Assembly: GCA_963704165.1 (NCBI GenBank)
Contig: CAVPHD010000001.1
Span: 128,001-192,000, forward strand
Origin: an uncultured delta proteobacterium
Lineage (GTDB): Bacteria; Myxococcota_A; UBA9160; SZUA-336
DNA: 64,000 nucleotides
Direction: 5' to 3'
Below are positions 41,868-53,297 of this stretch, piece by piece (position 1 is the stretch's first letter; each line of letters begins with the position of its first letter). The notes under the pieces are model-generated. The model did not search any database, had not been told where the DNA came from, and saw only the letters and a program-made list of their open reading frames with translations. A program made the translations under genes and the position numbers.

Positions 41868-42651
41868 CTACCGACCCGTGAACCGTGCCGGTCTTCGCTC
41901 GAGAAACGAAGCGACCCCCTCGCGGTGGTCGTCCGAGCGGAAGCAGGCCTCGAGCGCCTTCCTATGATGGGAGATGTGCTCGAGCTCGGTGCGAGCGAGC
42001 CCGGCGTAGACGAGCGACTTGATCAGCCGATGCGAGAGCGGGGAACCGGCCAGGAAGGTCCGGGCCTCTTCGCGGGCGGCCTCGGCGAGCGCCTCGGGCG
42101 CGACCACGCGCGCGACGTAGCCGATCGCGAGCGCCTCGTCGGCGGACAGGAACGCACCCGAGTAGAGCAGCCGAAGGGCGTGCGCCGGGCCGATCAGCCG
42201 AGGCAGGAGCCAGGTTCCAGCGCCGGTGTCGGGGACGAGGCCGCGGTGCGCGAAGTTCCAGGCGAAGCGCGCGCGCGAGCTCGCGATGCGCACGTCGCAC
42301 TGGCTGGTGAACTCGGCGCCCATGCCGACCGCCGCGCCGTCGATCGCGCCGATCGACCGGCTTCGGACAGGCGACCAACGGCCACCAACGGTCCGTCGCC
42401 CGGGTCTCACCGCGCGAGCCGCGCTTCTCGCCGGGCACGCTCGACAGGTCCGCGAGATCGGTGCCGGCGCAGAAGGAGCCACCGGAGCCCGTCACGATCA
42501 CGACCCGCGCCTCGGGATCCGCGCCCGCGCGCTCGACCGCTGCGGTGAACTCGTCGAGCATCGCGAAGCTCATCGCGTTGCGTTTCTCGGGCCGATCGAG
42601 CGTGATCGTCGCGACGGCCTCGAGGACCTCGTAGCGAACCCACGCGCTCAC
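41868..42651 (-). CDS. Enoyl-CoA hydratase/isomerase family protein (frameshift near 42360)
   Basis: ITLDRPEKRNAM, FCAGTDL, CPKP, AIDGAAVGMG, GLVPDTG, DHREGVASFLERRPARFTGR. Confidence 0.88.
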
Positions 42652-43558
42652 GCGTCCTTCCTCTGGAAGCGGCCGGGCTCGACCTCGCGCACGCGTCCCG
42701 CGCGCAAGAGCCGCGAGACGTGCTGCGACATGCTCCGGCGCTCGACGGCCTCGGCGAACGGAATCGGGTCCTGCGGCCGGTACACGAAGCGGTGCTCGGC
42801 GATCTCGGCGAGCGATTCGCGGCTCGGCCAGGAAATCCGAAAGCCGGCGCTCGCGGTCCGCGATCACGGCCGTAAACCGCTCGAGCCGCTCCAGGTAGGC
42901 CTCGCGGCCCTCGATCACGCCGATGTGGTGGAAGGTCGCGTACCAGCGCGCGTCGAGCTTGCGCACCGCCTCGAGACGTGCGCTCGAAGTCCTCGAGGTC
43001 GGACCAGGCGTCGCCGTAGTACGGCCCGAAGCTCGACAGGTCGATGTCGGCCAGGTAGACGAGGTCGTCGGGCTCGACGTGAAACACGCAGTGTCCGCGC
43101 GTGTGCCCGGGCGCGTGGATCACGCGCACGCGCGCGCCGCCCAGGTCGAAGACGTCGCCGTCGCGAAAGCCCAGCGAGTCCGGGCGCGGCGTGTAGTGGA
43201 ACTGCGAGACGACGGTCTTCTTCCAGGCCGAGTAGATCGGCTCGGGGTAGCCGTACAGCTCCATCAGCCCGTCGAGCGAGCGGATGCCGTGCAGGTCCGC
43301 CGTGTGGAAGTGCCACGGCGCGTCTCCGATACAGATAGCTCCCCGCGAGGTGGTCCTCGTGGCAGTGGCTGTGGAGCACGCGATCGGCACGCGGCGCGTT
43401 CGGCCCGCGCGCGACCAGGCCGAGCGACGGGTCGATCACGACCGTCTCGTTCGCGCCGCGCACGACGAGCGAATTTCCCGTGCGGGTACTTGCCGTGCTT
43501 CGCGCCGTACAGAACCGTGACGGCGCCGAAGCTCTGCTCCTCGAAGCTCTTCACTCAT
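42648..43558 (-). CDS. MBL-fold metallo-hydrolase with C-terminal winged-helix-like tail (several frameshifts)
   Basis: VIDP, HSHCHEDH, APGHTRGH, ADIDLSSFGPYYGD, ATFHH; start at GTG 43554 or ATG 43558. Confidence 0.8.
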
Positions 43559-43646
43559 GCGCGAAGTCTATCAGCCGGCCGTCGCGGGGATGTGCCATGC
43601 TCGACGCGTGAAGGCCTCGTCATCGAGGGCGTGGAGGCAGCGGATC

Positions 43647-45280
43647 ATGGAGATGCAGTTCGCGACCGTCTGGGAGTCGATCGCCGACCGGATTCCCGAC
43701 GCCGACCGCGGTCGTGCAGGGCAAGATCACGGCGAAGCTGGCGGGAGCTCGACGATCGCGCCGCGCGGTTCGCGTCGTTTCTCGCCGCGCAGGGCGTGGG
43801 TCACGACGGAAAGGTCGCGCTCTATCTGTACAACGGCCCGGAGTACGTCGAGACCTGCTTCGCCGCGTTCAAGCGCGGAGCGATCCCGATCAACACGAAC
43901 TACCGCTACCTCGAGGACGAGCTCGTCTACCTGCTCGAGAATTCCGACGCCGAGGTTCTCGTGTTCGCGGGCGCGCTCGGCGAGCGCGTCGCCAAGGTCC
44001 GCGATCGAATTCCGCGCGTGCGCGCGCTGGTTCAGGTCGACGACGGCGCAGGCGCTCGTGCCCGGCGCGGTCTTCTTCGACGACGTGATCGCCGGTCACC
44101 CCGCCGAGCCCCGCGTCGCGCGCGCCGACGGTGGGCTCTACATGCTCTACACGGGCGGCACGACGGGAATGCCCAAGGGCGTGATGTACGACGCGAACGC
44201 GTTCTGCGCGGGCATGCTGCTCGGCCACGGCGTACGCGGCCTGCCGGTCCCGACGACGGCCGACGCGATTGCACCCGCGGTCGAGGCGCTTCACGCCGCG
44301 GGCGGCACGCCGCGCACGATCGTCTGCTGTCCACTGATGCACGGCACGGGACTGTGGATCGGCGCGATGGTCACGCTGCACCTCGGCGGCACGGTCATCC
44401 TGCTCGAGGGCACGCACTTCGACTCGGACGATCTGTTCCGCACCGTCGAGCGCGAGCGCGCGACCGACCTCGTCATCGTCGGCGACGCGTTCGCGAAGCC
44501 GATGCTGCGCGCGATCGAGGAGGCCGAGGCGCGCGGCAAGCCGTGGGACCTCGACATCGCTCGCGGCTGATCGCGTCGTCCGGGGTGATGTTCACGTCCG
44601 AGGTCAAGCAGGCGCTGCTCCGCCGCCACGACATGATGCTCTTCGACATCATGGGTTCGACCGAAGGCGGAATGGGGTCGAACATCACCACGCGCGCGAA
44701 CGCGACCGAGACGGCGAAGTTCAATCTGAACCCGAACGTGAAGGTCTTCACCGACGACGGACGCGAGGTGAAGCCGGGCTCGGGAGAGATCGGCATGATC
44801 GCCACCACCGGCAACGTGCCGATCGGCTACTACAAGGATCCGGAGAAGTCGGAGCGGACGTTCCGCACCGTGAACGGCGTTCGGTACTCGTTCCCCGGCG
44901 ACTACGCGAGCGTGTCCGCCGACGGCTCGATCGCGCTGCTCGGACGCGGCTCGGCCTGCATCAACTCGGGCGGCGAGAAGATCTTCCCCGAGGAGGTCGA
45001 AGAGGTCGTGAAGCTACACCCAGCGGTGTACGACTGCCTGGTCGTCGGCGTGCCGGACGAGCGTTTCGGCGAGGCCGTGACGGCGGTCGCGAGCCTGCGT
45101 CCGGGAGCGAAGGCGAGCGAAGCCGAGGTGATCGCGAGCTCGCGCGGCAAGCTCTCGGCCTACAAGCTTCCCAAGCGCGTGTTGTTCGTGGACGTCGTGC
45201 AGCGCGCGGCCAACGGCAAGGCCGACTACAAGTGGGCCAAGGAACACGCGCTCGCGACGCTGGGAGTCGCGTCCCGCTAG
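43647..45280 (+). CDS. Acyl-CoA synthetase (AMP-forming, FadD19-like); several frameshifts
   Basis: NTNYRY, LYTGGTTGMPKGVMY, PLMHGTG, IVGDAF, GYYKDPEKS, GRGSACINSGGEKIFPEEVE, GKADY. Confidence 0.9.
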
Positions 45281-46674
45281 GAACCGGAGGTCTGCCGCCG
45301 CGGATCGAGCAGCCGCTCGAGCTCGTCGCCGGGCAGAATCGCGCGCTCGAGGCAGATCTCGCGGACGCGACGCCCGGTGCGGGCGGCCTCCTTCGCGATC
45401 TCGGCCGCCGCGTCGTAGCCGATCGCCGGCACGAGCGCGGTCACCATCGCCAGGCTCTCCTCGACCAGCGCCTCCGCGCGCTCCGCACGCGCGGAGATCC
45501 CCGCGAGGCACTTCTCGTCGAAGACCCTCGACGCAGCCGAGAGCAGCGCGATCGACGCGAGCAGATTCCGCGCGATCACGGGCACGAAGGCGTTGAGCTC
45601 GAGCTGTCCCTGTAGGCCGGCGACGGCAATCGCCGCGTCGTTGCCGATCACCTGCGCCGCGACCTGCAACACGACCTCGCAGATCACCGGATTCACCTTC
45701 CCCGGCATCATCGACGAGCCGGGCTGGATCGCGGGAAGCTCGAGCTCGCCGATTCCGCCGCGGGGCCCCGACGCGAGCAGCCGCACATCGGCGGCGATCT
45801 TCGCGAGCGACACCGCGAGCGTGCGCAGCGCGCCGCTCACCTCGACCGCGGCATCGCGGGCACCCTGCGCCTCGAAGTGATCGGCCGCCTCGCGAAACTC
45901 GAGGCCGCTCTCGCGAGAGATCGTCTCGATCGCCAGCCGCGCGAACGTCGGCGCCGCGTTCAATCCGGTGCCGACGGCGGTACCGCCGAGCGCGAGCTCG
46001 GCGAGCGACTCGCTCGCGCGCGAGATCCGCTCGCGCCCGAGCTCGACCTGGCGCGCGAAGCCCGCGAACTCCTGGCCGAGCCGCACCGGCGTCGCGTCCA
46101 TCAGGTGCGTGCGCCCGAGCTTCACCACGTCGTCGAACTCGCCCGCCTTCGAAGCGATGCATCGGTGCAGTGCGTCGAGCGCGGGGGCGAGGTCGTCGCG
46201 CAGCGCGAGCCGGGCCGCGACGTGAAGCGCGCTCGGGATCACGTCGTTCGAGGACTGGCTCGCGTTGACGTGGTCGTTGGGGTGTACGCGCCGCGTATCG
46301 CCGCACGCCGCCAGAATTCGCGTCGCACGGGCCGCGATCACCTCGTTCGCGTTCATGTTCGTCGATGTGCCCGAGCCGGTCTGGAAGACATCGACCGGGA
46401 ACTCCGCGTCCCACGTCCCGGCCTCGACTTCGAGCGCGGCCTCGGCGATCGCGCGCGCGAGCGCCGGTTCGAGCGCGCCGAGCCGGGCGTTCGCTCCGGC
46501 GGCCGCCCGTTTCACGAGTCCGAGCGCGCGGAGGAAGACGCGCGGAAATCGCTCGCCGCTGATCGGGAAGTTCTCGATCGCGCGCTGCGTCGATGCTCCC
46601 CAGAGAGCTCCCGCGGGTACGCGCACCTCCCCGAGTGAGTCGCGCTCGATCCGGGTCTCGCCCGACTTCGCCAT
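45277..46674 (-). CDS. fumC: Class II fumarate hydratase
   Basis: RIERDSLG, QTGSGTSTNMNANEV, SQSSND, GRTHLMDA, GSSMMPGKVNP. Confidence 0.95.
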   Translation of the reverse strand: MAKSGETRIERDSLGEVRVPAGALWGASTQRAIENFPISGERFPRVFLRALGLVKRAAAGANARLGALEPALARAIAEAALEVEAGTWDAEFPVDVFQTGSGTSTNMNANEVIAARATRILAACGDTRRVHPNDHVNASQSSNDVIPSALHVAARLALRDDLAPALDALHRCIASKAGEFDDVVKLGRTHLMDATPVRLGQEFAGFARQVELGRERISRASESLAELALGGTAVGTGLNAAPTFARLAIETISRESGLEFREAADHFEAQGARDAAVEVSGALRTLAVSLAKIAADVRLLASGPRGGIGELELPAIQPGSSMMPGKVNPVICEVVLQVAAQVIGNDAAIAVAGLQGQLELNAFVPVIARNLLASIALLSAASRVFDEKCLAGISARAERAEALVEESLAMVTALVPAIGYDAAAEIAKEAARTGRRVREICLERAILPGDELERLLDPRRQTSGS

Positions 46675-46712
46675 CTTCCGAACCTCCGCACGCCGTACTA
46701 TAGACCCCGCCC

Positions 46713-48089
46713 ATGACGGACCCACGCCTGCCGCTCGCGGAACTGCACCTTCATCTGTACGGAACGATCCGCGCGGACGACTACCTCTCGCGGCTCGGCG
46801 CGCGAGAGATCGACTGGGGTTTCTACGAGGGCATGTTCGAGCGCGCCTACGGCGAGCGTCCACCGCTGCGCGGGATTCTCGAACGGCATCGCGCGGGCGA
46901 TCCCGAGGCGGCCGAAGCGTTCCGGCGGCTCTTCGTCTTCGGCGACGCCGATGCGGGCAACTTCGATCGCTTCCAGGCCAAGTTCAACCTGCTGATCAAC
47001 GGCAGCGAGATGATGAACGCAGCCGCGGGTCGACACGCCGATCCGATTCCCCCGCTCGCCGAGGAGCTCGACTTCTTCGTCACGCGCCAGCTCGCGGACC
47101 AGCGTCGGCAGGGGATCGGCTACGCGGAGCAGCGGATGCTCTTCGGCCCGCCGTTCACGCCCGAAGTGACGCGACGGCTCTCGATCGGAATTCTCGAGCG
47201 CTACGCGCAGGCGACGCGCGCGGGGCTCGTCGCACGGCTCGCCTTCAGCCTGCCGCGGCGAGATCCGTTTCCCGACTTCGAGCTGGTGCGGGAGCTCGCG
47301 CTCGGACCGTACGGCGAATCGGTGACGGGCGTCGATTTCTGCTACGTCGAGGAGGGGTTTCCGCCGAAGGGGAAGGCGGAGTTCTTCGCGGCCGTGCACG
47401 ATTTCAATTCGCGCCACCCCGAGCGCGCGCTCGCGATCCTCTACCACGTCGGCGAGAGCTTCGCCGACAAGTCCCTCGAGAGCGCAGTGCGCTGGGTGCA
47501 GGAGGCGGCCGAGCTCGGAGCGCACCGCCTCGGCCACGCGATCGCGCTCGGCGTCGATCCGTCGGTCTACGGCGCGCACGAGCGCGTCGAATCCGTGGAG
47601 GAGCGCCTCGACCAGATCGGCTACGACCTCGGGCACGCCGAGGGCCTGCGCGCGCGGGGCGTCCGCATCGACGCCAGTGCGCTCGGGCGCGAGCGCGATG
47701 TGCTGCGGGGGCGCAAGCCGGAAGAGCTCGTCACGCATCGCTACGACGACGCTCGGCTCGCGGAGGTGCGCGCGCGGCAGGAGTTCGCGATGGGGCGCGT
47801 GCGTGCGGCCGGCGCGGTGGTCGAGGTCTGCCCGACCTCGAATCTGCGGATCGGCGGCATCTCCGATCCGCTACACCATCCTGTGCACCGCTTTCTCGAG
47901 CACGGCGTGCCGTTCGTGGTCGCGAGCGACGACCCGGGCATCTTCGACACGACGGTGCGCGACGAGCTCGACTGGGTCGCGCGCGAGGCGGGCCTGGCAC
48001 CGGGTGCGGTGGAGAGCCTGGTCGAGCGCGCCTGGAACTCGCGCAGCGAGGTGCTCTCCGGACGCGAGGCGAAGAAGCGGCTCGTGTAG
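46713..48089 (+). CDS. Adenosine/AMP deaminase-like amidohydrolase with internal insertion
   Basis: AELHLHLYG, HVGE, RLGHA, EVCPTSN, SDDPG. Confidence 0.82.
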   Translation: MTDPRLPLAELHLHLYGTIRADDYLSRLGAREIDWGFYEGMFERAYGERPPLRGILERHRAGDPEAAEAFRRLFVFGDADAGNFDRFQAKFNLLINGSEMMNAAAGRHADPIPPLAEELDFFVTRQLADQRRQGIGYAEQRMLFGPPFTPEVTRRLSIGILERYAQATRAGLVARLAFSLPRRDPFPDFELVRELALGPYGESVTGVDFCYVEEGFPPKGKAEFFAAVHDFNSRHPERALAILYHVGESFADKSLESAVRWVQEAAELGAHRLGHAIALGVDPSVYGAHERVESVEERLDQIGYDLGHAEGLRARGVRIDASALGRERDVLRGRKPEELVTHRYDDARLAEVRARQEFAMGRVRAAGAVVEVCPTSNLRIGGISDPLHHPVHRFLEHGVPFVVASDDPGIFDTTVRDELDWVAREAGLAPGAVESLVERAWNSRSEVLSGREAKKRLV

Positions 48090-48099
48090 ACTGGCCCGC

Positions 48100-49179
48100 A
48101 TGACCACCCCCGCGAAAGCAGATCCCGAGAAGCTCAAGGGCTACCTGAAAACCGTCTTCGGCTCGCTCGGGGGCGCGATGACGTCCGCGCTGATCTGCCT
48201 CGGCGATCGCCTCGGTCTCTACGGGGCGCTCGCCGATCTAGGCGCGGCGACGAGTGAAGAGCTCGCGCGCAAGACGGGGCTCCACGAGCGCTGGGTGCGC
48301 GAGTGGATGTACCAGCAGGGCGCGGCGGGGATCCTCGACTTCGTCGGCGAGGGTCGCTTCGCGCTCTCGCCGGAGGGCGTGGCCGTGCTCGTCGACGAGA
48401 ATCACCCGGCGTTCGGTGTCGGGTTCTTCACGCATCTGCCGCAGACGATGGCCGTGGTCGAGAAGCTGCCCGAGGCGTTCCGCACCGGCGTCGGCCTTCC
48501 GTACGACGCGTTCGGCCCGGAGGGCGCCCAGGGAATCGAGCGCTCGTTCGCACCGTGGTTCCGCACGCTGCTCGTGCCATTCGCGCTGCCGAAGTTGCCG
48601 GAAGTCGTCGACCGGCTGCGCGCAGGCGGACTAGCGGCGGACGTCGGCTGCGGCGCGGGCATCGCGCTCGTCGAGCTCGCGAAGGCATTCCCGAAGTCGG
48701 AATTCCACGGCTACGAGATCTCGGAGTTCGCGCTTCGGCGCGCGGAAGAGAACAAGGCCGCCTCCGGGCTCGTGAACGCGCACTTCCACGACGCGCGCAT
48801 CGATTCGCTGCCCGAGGACGCGAGCCTCGACTTCGTCACCACCTTCGACTGCCTGCACGACATGTCGCACCCGCAGCAGGTCATGCGCGCGATTCGCCGG
48901 GCGATCCGACCCGACGGCGTCTGGCTGATCTGCGACATCAAGGCGCGCGACAGCTACGAGGAGAACGTGAAGAAGAACCCGATGGCGCCGATGATGTACG
49001 GCGCGTCCGTGCTCACGTGCATGTCGTCGGCGATGTCGGAGCCGCACGGCGCAGGGCTCGGCACGCTCGGCTTCTCGGAGAACGTGGCGCGGAAGATGTG
49101 CACCGAGGCCGGCTTCACGCGCTTCGAGCCGATCGACTTCGGCCACCCGATCAACGCCTTCTACGTCGCGCGGCCGTGA
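48100..49179 (+). CDS. Class I SAM-dependent methyltransferase with N-terminal winged helix (Rv2258c-like)
   Basis: GDRLGLY, ERWVREW, ADVGCGAG, FDCLHDM; ATG at 48100. Confidence 0.9.
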   Translation: MTTPAKADPEKLKGYLKTVFGSLGGAMTSALICLGDRLGLYGALADLGAATSEELARKTGLHERWVREWMYQQGAAGILDFVGEGRFALSPEGVAVLVDENHPAFGVGFFTHLPQTMAVVEKLPEAFRTGVGLPYDAFGPEGAQGIERSFAPWFRTLLVPFALPKLPEVVDRLRAGGLAADVGCGAGIALVELAKAFPKSEFHGYEISEFALRRAEENKAASGLVNAHFHDARIDSLPEDASLDFVTTFDCLHDMSHPQQVMRAIRRAIRPDGVWLICDIKARDSYEENVKKNPMAPMMYGASVLTCMSSAMSEPHGAGLGTLGFSENVARKMCTEAGFTRFEPIDFGHPINAFYVARP

Positions 49180-49877
49180 ACCGCCTGCTCGACGTCGCGA
49201 GCTCCCTCGGGGTCACGCTCGGCCGCTTCGGCCACGGCATGCAGATCGGTCGGCTCGGCGCGCGCCCCGAGGCCACGCTTCAGCTCTTCGAGTTCGAAGG
49301 CTGCCCGTACTGCCGCAAGGTGCGCGAGGCGCTCTCCGTGCTCGACCTCGACGTCGACGTCTTCCCGTGCCCGAAGGGCGGGTCGCGCTTTCGCGAAGAG
49401 CTGAAGCGCCGCGGCGGGAGGGCGCAGTTCCCGTTCCTCGTCGATCCGAACACGAGCGTCGAGATGTACGAGTCCGACGCGATCGTGCAGTACCTCTTCG
49501 AGCGCTACGGCGACGGAAACGTGCCCTGGCCGCTCGCGCTCGGCGGGCTCACGGACCTGTCCGCGCAGCTCTCGGGCCTCTGGCGTCCGGGCTTCGGGAC
49601 CTTCCTGCAGCGCGGGCGCCCGCCCGAGAAGCCGCTCGAGCTCTATAGCTTCGAGGCCTCGCCCTTCTGCCGGATCGTGCGCGAGAAACTCTGCACGCTC
49701 GAAATCCCCTACCGATTGCACAACGTCGCGAAGGGAAGTCCCGGTCGAGAAGCCTTCGTCGCCCGGTCGGGGAAGATGATGGTGCCCTGGCTGGTCGATC
49801 CGAACAGCGGCGAGTCGCTTTTCGAGTCGGCCGAGATCGTGCGTTACCTGGACCAGCACTACGGGGAGAAGACGTGA
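49176..49877 (+). CDS. Tandem GST-N/glutaredoxin-like domain protein
   Basis: Two repeats: FEGCPYCRKVRE..QFPFLVDPN..YESDAIV and FEASPFCRIVRE..VPWLVDPN..FESAEIV. Confidence 0.88.
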   Translation: MNRLLDVASSLGVTLGRFGHGMQIGRLGARPEATLQLFEFEGCPYCRKVREALSVLDLDVDVFPCPKGGSRFREELKRRGGRAQFPFLVDPNTSVEMYESDAIVQYLFERYGDGNVPWPLALGGLTDLSAQLSGLWRPGFGTFLQRGRPPEKPLELYSFEASPFCRIVREKLCTLEIPYRLHNVAKGSPGREAFVARSGKMMVPWLVDPNSGESLFESAEIVRYLDQHYGEKT

Positions 49878-50686
49878 CACTTCCGGAGTTCGAGACGATC
49901 GTACTTGGAGTCGAGGGGCCGCTCGGGCGAATCACGCTGAATCGACCCGAACGTCTCAACGCCGTAGGCGCGACGATGATGCGCGACCTGATCGCGGCCG
50001 CGCGCTTCTTCGACGGCCTGATGGACGTGCGCGTCGTGATCGTTTCGGGTGCGGGCCGCGCGTTCTGCGCGGGCGCGGATCTGCAGGACTCGCCGATGAG
50101 CGGCGCATCTTCGCGCTCGGGCAAGTCGTGGGCCGAGCGGCGCGAGATCGGCCAGCTCGGCCTGCGCATGGCGGACGCGCTCGAGGGAATGCGCGCGGTC
50201 ACGATCGCTCGGGTGCACGGCTACGCCGTCGGCGGTGGGGTCGTGCTCGCCGCCGTCTGCGACCTGCGCGTCGCCGCCGACGACACGGTGTTCTCGATTC
50301 CCGAGGTCGAGCTCGGCATTCCCCTCGCCTGGGGTGGCATACCGCGGCTCGTCCGCGAGATCGGCCCCGCTCTGACCAAAGAGCTCGTGATGACGTGTCG
50401 CCGCTTCACGCCCGCCGAGGCGCAGGCCGCGGGTTTTCTGAATCGCGTCGTTCCGCTCGATCAGCTCGAGTCCGAGGTCGAGGCGCTCGCCGCACGGCTG
50501 CTCGAGATGCCGAGCGTTCCGGTGACGATCACGAAGGAGCACGTGAACTCGGTCTCGCGCACGATGGGCGCGGGCTCGACGGCCTTCGGCGACGGCGACG
50601 CGCTCCTGAGCTCCGCCTTCGATCCCGAGTCACTCGCGGCCGCCGAGAAGTACCTCGCGCGGACGGTGAGGCGGAAGAAGAAGTAG
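49874..50686 (+). CDS. Enoyl-CoA hydratase/isomerase family protein
   Basis: LNRPERLNA, FCAGADL, VHGYAVGGG, IPEVELG. Confidence 0.9.
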   Translation: MTLPEFETIVLGVEGPLGRITLNRPERLNAVGATMMRDLIAAARFFDGLMDVRVVIVSGAGRAFCAGADLQDSPMSGASSRSGKSWAERREIGQLGLRMADALEGMRAVTIARVHGYAVGGGVVLAAVCDLRVAADDTVFSIPEVELGIPLAWGGIPRLVREIGPALTKELVMTCRRFTPAEAQAAGFLNRVVPLDQLESEVEALAARLLEMPSVPVTITKEHVNSVSRTMGAGSTAFGDGDALLSSAFDPESLAAAEKYLARTVRRKKK

Positions 50687-50697
50687 CGCGGCCTCGA

Positions 50698-51829
50698 TCA
50701 GCCCGGATCGCGCGAGACACAGATCGCCGAGAACCCCCCGCCGGGGCTGCGCAGGTTCGTGACCTGGCCCTGGTAGACGCGCGCGCCGAGCAGGAGCACG
50801 CGATCCCGGTACGCATAGGCGCGAACGTCGAACTTCATCGTGCGCGGTCCTTCGAGCGTCTCCACCTCGACCTCGCTCGGCTCGATCCGATGCTGCGCGA
50901 GAAAACCGGGTACGGCCGCGATCTCTTCGAACTTCCGCCGCGAGATCTTGTCTCCGCGGTACACCGACTTGCTGCCGTAGGCGGCGCACGGCTTGAAGAC
51001 GAGGTTGCGCCGCTCGGACCACGCACGCTCGAGACCGAGGTCGGAGAGCAGGCGCGTCTCGGGGACGATTCCCTGCAGGAACTCGACGTCGTCGGGTGCG
51101 ACCCCGAGCTTCGAGAGCGCGGCCGCAGACGAGAAGATCCCGAGCCTCTGCTTGTTCGCGAGCAGATGGTGTTCGCGCGGGGACGGCGTGACGACGACGT
51201 CGCCCGCGAGGTACGCTTTGCGAAGGCGAGCCGTTCGGGGACTCGCGAGCGTGAAGTCGGTGTCGCGCAGGTAGACGAGATCGGGAAGCGCTTCGCCGGG
51301 CCGTGCGATGTCCTCGGTGTCGCGGATCTCCGTCGGGATTCCCGCCTGCTCGAAGAGCTTCACGAGCAGCTCGAACTCGGGGAACAGGAACTGCTCGTGC
51401 GGACGCTCGTCGGCGATCACGATCCGTCGGAGCTCGGCCTCGGGTCCACGCACCGCGCGGAATTCCGAGATGAACTGCCCCACGATCCGCGCCTGCACCG
51501 TCTCGACGGGCAAGAGGTCCTTGCAGACGCACGCAAGGCGTTCGGGATCGCAGAGCGACGCCGTGTGCAGACCGTTGAGCAGCGCGCCACCGGCGTTGGT
51601 GTTGACCTCGATCAGGCGTGGGCCGTCGGCGGCCGAGATGGAAGTCGTAGCCCATGAACACGCCCCGATTGCCGGGCTCGAAGCGGACCCCCAGCTCGGC
51701 GCCGGCGTCGACCTGGGCCTGGTACGCGGGCGAGTGCGCGATCGCGTCGAGCAGTGCGACCGTGCGCTGGATGGCGTCGAAGTGCACGGGATCGAGCGCG
51801 ATGATCGTGCGGCCGGCGTAGGGAATCAT
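50698..51829 (-). CDS. Glutathione/glutathionylspermidine synthetase-like (circularly permuted type) ATP-grasp ligase; one-base frameshift near 51635
   Basis: Reconstructed [79 protein letters not shown] overlaps the acr3 stop (ATGA). Confidence 0.75.
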
Positions 51830-52860
51830 TCCGTAGGGAAGCCCGCCCGCGTGCGGTTCGCGAACGCGACCAGCGAGAGCATGACCGGGACCTCGACGAG
51901 CACACCGACCACCGTCGCGAGCGCAGCCCCGCTCTCGAGTCCGAACAAACCGATCGCGACGGCGACCGCCAGCTCGAAGAAGTTCGAGGTGCCGATCAGC
52001 GCCGCCGGCGCCGCGATCGAGTGCGGCACGCCCCAGGCCCACGCCCAGGCGTACGCGATGGCGAAGATGCCGTAGGTCTGCACCACGAGCGGTGCGGCGA
52101 TCAGGGCGATCAGGGCGGGCTGCGCGAGGATCCGCGGCCCCTGAAACGCGAAGAGCAGTACGACCGTGCCGAGCAGACCGAGAATGGTGTAGGGCTTGAG
52201 GCGCGCCGTAAAACGGCCGACCGCGTCGCGTGCTCCACTGGCCTCGAGGTGCCGCCGCGTCCATCCGCCCGCGGCGAGCGGAATCACGACGTAGAGCCCG
52301 ACCGAGAGCAGCAACGTGGACCACGGCACCGCGACGTCGGCGATTCCGAGCAGAAACGCCACGATCGGCGCGAATGCGCCGATCATGACCAGATCGTTCA
52401 CCGACACCTGCACGAGCGTGTAGGTCGCGTCACCCTGCGTGAGCTGGCTCCAGACGAAGACCATCGCCGTACACGGCGCCGCCCCCAGGAGAATCATGCC
52501 CGCCAGGTACTGGCGGGACTCCTCGGGCGGGATGAGTCCGCGGAAGACGATGTCGAAGAAGAGCACGCCGAGAGCGAACATCGTGAAGGGCTTCACGAGC
52601 CAGTTCACGACGAGCGTGATTGCGAGCCCCTTTGGCCGCTCGCCGACACGGCTGAGCGTGGCAAAGTCCACGTTCACCATCATCGGATAGATCATCACCC
52701 AGATCAGCACCGCGACGACCAGGTTCACGCTCGCGATTTCGAGCGAGGCGACCGCGGCGAAGACGGACGGAAACGCGCTGCCGAGGCCGATGCCGGAGGC
52801 GATGCAGAGCGCGACCCAGATGCTGAGCCAACGCTCGAAGGCGCCGAGCCCCGGACTCAC
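51826..52860 (-). CDS. acr3: Arsenite efflux transporter Acr3
   Basis: [53 protein letters not shown]. Confidence 0.96.
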   Translation of the reverse strand: MSPGLGAFERWLSIWVALCIASGIGLGSAFPSVFAAVASLEIASVNLVVAVLIWVMIYPMMVNVDFATLSRVGERPKGLAITLVVNWLVKPFTMFALGVLFFDIVFRGLIPPEESRQYLAGMILLGAAPCTAMVFVWSQLTQGDATYTLVQVSVNDLVMIGAFAPIVAFLLGIADVAVPWSTLLLSVGLYVVIPLAAGGWTRRHLEASGARDAVGRFTARLKPYTILGLLGTVVLLFAFQGPRILAQPALIALIAAPLVVQTYGIFAIAYAWAWAWGVPHSIAAPAALIGTSNFFELAVAVAIGLFGLESGAALATVVGVLVEVPVMLSLVAFANRTRAGFPTE

Positions 52861-53297
52861 GCGCGCGCCCGGACGAGCGCAGCGATGTGCCGCTCGAGCT
52901 CGTCGTGGGTACGCCGGAACGCGGCCCGCACCGTGGCTTCGGAGCCGTGGACGGCCGCCGGATCGTCGATGCTCCAATGCAGCCGGGTCGGCGCTCCCGG
53001 AAAGACCGGACAAGCCTCTCCGGCGGCGCCAGCACAGACCGTCACGACGAGATCGAGCGATGGCGCACGCGGCGCCGCGAACTCGTCCCAGCTCTTGCTG
53101 CGCAGGTTCTCGGTCTCGTATCCGAGTTCGCGAAGCAGCGCGAGCGTCTGCGGATGCGGTGCGGACTTCGGCCGGCTGCCCGCACTACAGGCGGCGAACC
53201 TCCCGTTTCCGAGGCGTTCGAGCAGGCATTCCGCGATCAGGCTCCGCGCGGAGTTCCCCGTACACAGGAAAAGGACACGCTTGGGTGGCTCAGCCAC
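52857..53297 (-). CDS. arsC: Arsenate reductase, LMW-PTP fold (thioredoxin-coupled type)
   Basis: [12 protein letters not shown]-loop, [20 protein letters not shown] resolving Cys pair. Confidence 0.93.
   Translation of the reverse strand: MAEPPKRVLFLCTGNSARSLIAECLLERLGNGRFAACSAGSRPKSAPHPQTLALLRELGYETENLRSKSWDEFAAPRAPSLDLVVTVCAGAAGEACPVFPGAPTRLHWSIDDPAAVHGSEATVRAAFRRTHDELERHIAALVRARA

Noticed and set aside
49176..49877. Tandem GST_N/CPYC protein as the reductant for ArsC
   Set aside because: It is in a separate convergent operon, and this ArsC has the three-Cys thioredoxin-type layout.
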